From a bacterium (GTDB lineage: Bacteria > SAR324 > NAC60-12), in the NCBI GenBank assembly GCA_965233585.1, contig CBDDTI010000295.1, positions 128,001 through 192,000 of the forward strand: 64,000 nucleotides of DNA, given 5' to 3'. Position 1 is the first letter of the stretch. Each line of letters opens with the position of its first letter. The notes beneath the pieces were generated by a model that was not told the DNA's origin, made no database searches, and saw nothing but the letters and a program-made list of their open reading frames with translations. The position numbers and the translations under genes were made by a program. Shown piece after piece: positions 61,174-64,000 of this stretch.

Positions 61174-62502
61174 ATGGAACTTGCTCTCATTGGCTTTGGC
61201 AGTTTGATTGTTTTACTACTGCTTCATGTTCCTATAGCCATGGCGATGGGAATCGTTGGTTTTTTTGGGTTTGCGGTTTCTAATGGCTTGTTCATTGAAG
61301 AATCATTGATAACTTTTCAATGGAAGTCCTTATTTTATTTGGTAGGCAGAACCACCAATTCCCTGGTGCAGTCCTATGAATTATCTGTCATTCCACTGTT
61401 TATTTTGATGGGAGATTTTATTTCTCAAGGAGGTTTGTCCAAAGATTTATATCGCTTTGCCAACGCCTTAGTTGGGCATTATCGTGGTGGACTTTCACTT
61501 TCAACCATTTTGGCTTGTGGAGGATTTTCATCGGTTTGTGGGTCATCGCTCGCCACTACGGCAACCATGTCCAAAATTGCTTATCCTGAAATGCAAAAAA
61601 ACGGATACAGTCAAGAGTTAGCTTGCGCTTCTGTTGTAGCTGGAAGTACCCTAGGCATTTTAATTCCACCAAGTGTCATTTTGATCATTTATGGATTGAT
61701 TACAGAACAAAGCATTCGTGAACTCTTTGCTGCAGGATTCTTGCCCGGCTTATTAGGAATACTTTTGTATCTGGGGGCGGCACGTTATGTGGTTTGGAGA
61801 AAACCTGAGGCAGGCCCTGCTTCTCAAAAATATTCTTTTCAAGAACGTTGGCATGCTCTCTTGAAAGTGTATCCTTCTATACTTTTATTTTTAGTGGTGA
61901 TGGGTGGAATTTATGGAGGAGTTTTTACACCAACGGAAGCGGCAGGAATTGGGGCAACCGGTGGATTTCTCATTGCATTGCTGAAACGTAGTCTGAACTG
62001 GTCTTCTTTATTTCACGTTCTCAAAACTTCATCTATCACTTCAGCAAAATTGTTTCTACTGCTCATCGGTGCTTCTATTTTTTCAAGATTTATCAATGAC
62101 ACAGGGGTTGCTAATGAACTGACCATGACCATTGCTAGCTTACAAGTGAATCCTTATGTCATCATTATTTTGATGATGGTGGTTTATATTCTCTTGGGAA
62201 TGGTGCTTGAAAGTTTATCTATGATCTTATTGACGGTGCCGTTGTTTTTTCCTGTCGTTTCAGTCTTGGGTTTTGATTTAGTGTGGTTTGGAATTTTAGT
62301 AGTGGTGGTGACAGAAATCAGTTTGATTACTCCCCCTGTGGGGTTGAATGTCTTTGTCATGTCTAGTGTTCTCAAAGGAGTTACACCTACCACTATCTTT
62401 AAAGGAGTCACTCCCTTTTGGGTAGCTGACATGATTCGTCTCATTTTGCTGATATTCTTTCCAATGATGAGCCTCTGGCTTCCTAGTTTGGTTTACCGTT
62501 AG
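61174..62502 (+). CDS. TRAP transporter large permease (DctM family)
   Basis: IPLFILMG, GSSLAT, LGILIPPS, FTPTEAA, ITPPVGLN. Confidence 0.95.
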   Translation: MELALIGFGSLIVLLLLHVPIAMAMGIVGFFGFAVSNGLFIEESLITFQWKSLFYLVGRTTNSLVQSYELSVIPLFILMGDFISQGGLSKDLYRFANALVGHYRGGLSLSTILACGGFSSVCGSSLATTATMSKIAYPEMQKNGYSQELACASVVAGSTLGILIPPSVILIIYGLITEQSIRELFAAGFLPGLLGILLYLGAARYVVWRKPEAGPASQKYSFQERWHALLKVYPSILLFLVVMGGIYGGVFTPTEAAGIGATGGFLIALLKRSLNWSSLFHVLKTSSITSAKLFLLLIGASIFSRFINDTGVANELTMTIASLQVNPYVIIILMMVVYILLGMVLESLSMILLTVPLFFPVVSVLGFDLVWFGILVVVVTEISLITPPVGLNVFVMSSVLKGVTPTTIFKGVTPFWVADMIRLILLIFFPMMSLWLPSLVYR

Positions 62503-62565
62503 CATCTAATAAGCAAGAAACTTAGTTGGATTTGGCAACTTTCAGAAACTTTTGGAATGGAATAG

Positions 62566-63333
62566 ATGGAACTTGAAAACTTAACAAGCATTGAAAAGTT
62601 TTTGCTGCAATTAGCAGACAATGGAATAGTGCATAGTCATCGGCTTTGTCAATGGTGTTCTCATGCCCCAGAGTTGGAATTAGAAATGAGTTTAGCAAAC
62701 ATTGGTCTGGATCATTTAGGTCAAGCAAGACTTTGGCTAGAAGCTTTGACTCAGGAATTGTCAATCAAAGGCATCCACATGACCGAAGATCAAATGGCTT
62801 ATTTTCGCGAAGATAATGAGTTTTTTAATTTGCTTCTTCTTGAACAGGAAGATGAAGACTTTGCTCATGCAATATGCAAAATGTTTTTTTATGATTTATA
62901 TCATCAGCTTGTTCTGCAACAACTAGTCCATTCCAATCACCTTGTTTTTGTTGCCACTGCTCAAAAAGCACTGATTGAGGTTGGCTATCATGTCAAGTTT
63001 TCAAAGCACTGGTGTCAAGTCTTGTGTCAAGGTACACCAGAAAGCCTCAATCGTATGGAATCTGCTATTGATTATTTATGGCAGTATTGCGGCGAGTTCT
63101 TTGTTCCCGCTAGGCAAGAGGAACAACTGATTCAAGAGAACATACTGAATTTAGAACAAATCAAAACAATATGGTCTCAAGAAGTTTTTGCTGCGATGCC
63201 TCAAGTCAAAATTGACAAAGAATTAGATTTTCATCTTCCTTTAGGCAAGCAAAATCATCACACAGAATACTTAGGATATTTGCTAGCAGAGATGCAAGTT
63301 TTAGCACGTAAACATCCTCATGCTCAATGGTAA
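62566..63333 (+). CDS. paaC: Phenylacetyl-CoA epoxidase subunit C
   Basis: LADN...HRLCQW..HAPELE...ANIGLD.LGQAR; HTEYLGYLLAEMQ...P.A.W. Confidence 0.96.
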   Translation: MELENLTSIEKFLLQLADNGIVHSHRLCQWCSHAPELELEMSLANIGLDHLGQARLWLEALTQELSIKGIHMTEDQMAYFREDNEFFNLLLLEQEDEDFAHAICKMFFYDLYHQLVLQQLVHSNHLVFVATAQKALIEVGYHVKFSKHWCQVLCQGTPESLNRMESAIDYLWQYCGEFFVPARQEEQLIQENILNLEQIKTIWSQEVFAAMPQVKIDKELDFHLPLGKQNHHTEYLGYLLAEMQVLARKHPHAQW

Positions 63334-63339
63334 TTCCAA

Positions 63340-63831
63340 ATGCAAACTTCATTCAGTCTCAAACATGTTGAACGTATTGTTGCACAAGTGCCGGATCCTG
63401 AAATGCCGATGGTCACTATTCAAGATTTAGGAATCTTAAAGCGTGTTGAGGTTTTGAAGAATCATCATTTTCAAATTGTGATGACTCCTACCTTTAGTGG
63501 TTGCCCTGCCATGCAAGAGATTGAGCAAAGCATTGCCCAATCTTTGCTTGATGCTGGTGTTCAAAATTTTAAGATTGTCAGAGAACTTGACCCCCCTTGG
63601 ACTTCACAAAGGATTACACCTCAAGGAAGAAAAAAATTGATTGCCAATGGTATTGCTGTTGCTGATGAAGGGTTGCTTTGTCCCAGATGCCAAAGCTCCA
63701 AGGTTGCCATGTTGAGTGAATTTGGTGCAACTTCTTGCAAAAGTTTTGCACGTTGTCGCTCATGCCAAGAACCTTTTGAAGTCTTCAAATCGCTTGCTCC
63801 ACCTCGTTTTATAAAAAAAATTGATGGCTAA
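63340..63831 (+). CDS. paaD: Phenylacetyl-CoA epoxidase subunit D
   Basis: VPDPEMP, TPTFSGCPAM, CPRC.S, FGATSCK, C..CQEPFE.FK. Confidence 0.96.
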   Translation: MQTSFSLKHVERIVAQVPDPEMPMVTIQDLGILKRVEVLKNHHFQIVMTPTFSGCPAMQEIEQSIAQSLLDAGVQNFKIVRELDPPWTSQRITPQGRKKLIANGIAVADEGLLCPRCQSSKVAMLSEFGATSCKSFARCRSCQEPFEVFKSLAPPRFIKKIDG

Positions 63832-64000
63832 TGCTTTTCAACCGCTTCGTATCCAATCAGTTCAGGCACTGACTGATGATGCCTTGTTGATTGAATTGAA
63901 ACGTCCCAAAACTTTTCACTTTAAAAGTGGTCAGCATCTCTCCATTCAGTCCGAAATTGACAATGAAATGGTGTTTAGAACTTATTCTATTTGCACAACA
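63824..64000 (+). CDS. paaE: Phenylacetyl-CoA epoxidase reductase, N-terminal part (runs off the right edge)
   Basis: Manual translation MANAFQPLRIQSVQALTDDALLIEL...FHFKSGQHL...RTYSICT; FAD-binding RxYS motif. Confidence 0.88.
   Translation, partial: MANAFQPLRIQSVQALTDDALLIELKRPKTFHFKSGQHLSIQSEIDNEMVFRTYSICTT

Overview
AT-rich bacterial chromosomal segment. Gene content and order suggest a deltaproteobacteria-like lineage such as SAR324; this is inference only. From left to right it contains: (1) a flagellar filament cluster (partial flagellin, a degenerate flagellin-like ORF, a triple hairpin repeat, two fliS, an unusually large fliD, and a 595-aa flagellin with tandem sigma28 promoters); (2) a complete IS1-family element with a -1 frameshift site; (3) two DUF3015-like exported proteins; (4) cutA plus the F1/b/b' ATP synthase genes; (5) a lone recB; (6) the str-S10-spc-alpha ribosomal superoperon, lacking rplC, rpsD, infA, map and adk, with a divergent EF-G; (7) envelope, proteostasis and repair genes (OMP, two pseudopilins, hslVU, UDG, SurA-like, SBP, porin, tandem-RCK K+ channel, Rep/UvrD, GspL-like, dksA, SplB-like radical SAM, ribF, wHTH-J-domain protein); (8) tRNA-Val and tRNA-Asp; (9) a phenylacetate (paa) cluster split by a TRAP transporter. 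I found no CRISPR array, prophage or defence system. The best candidate for an undescribed system is the elaborated filament module: giant repeat-containing cap, flagellin paralogue lacking D0, dual chaperones, hairpin array, and a distant sigma28-controlled lipoprotein. All calls come from reading motifs by eye; no database searches were run.
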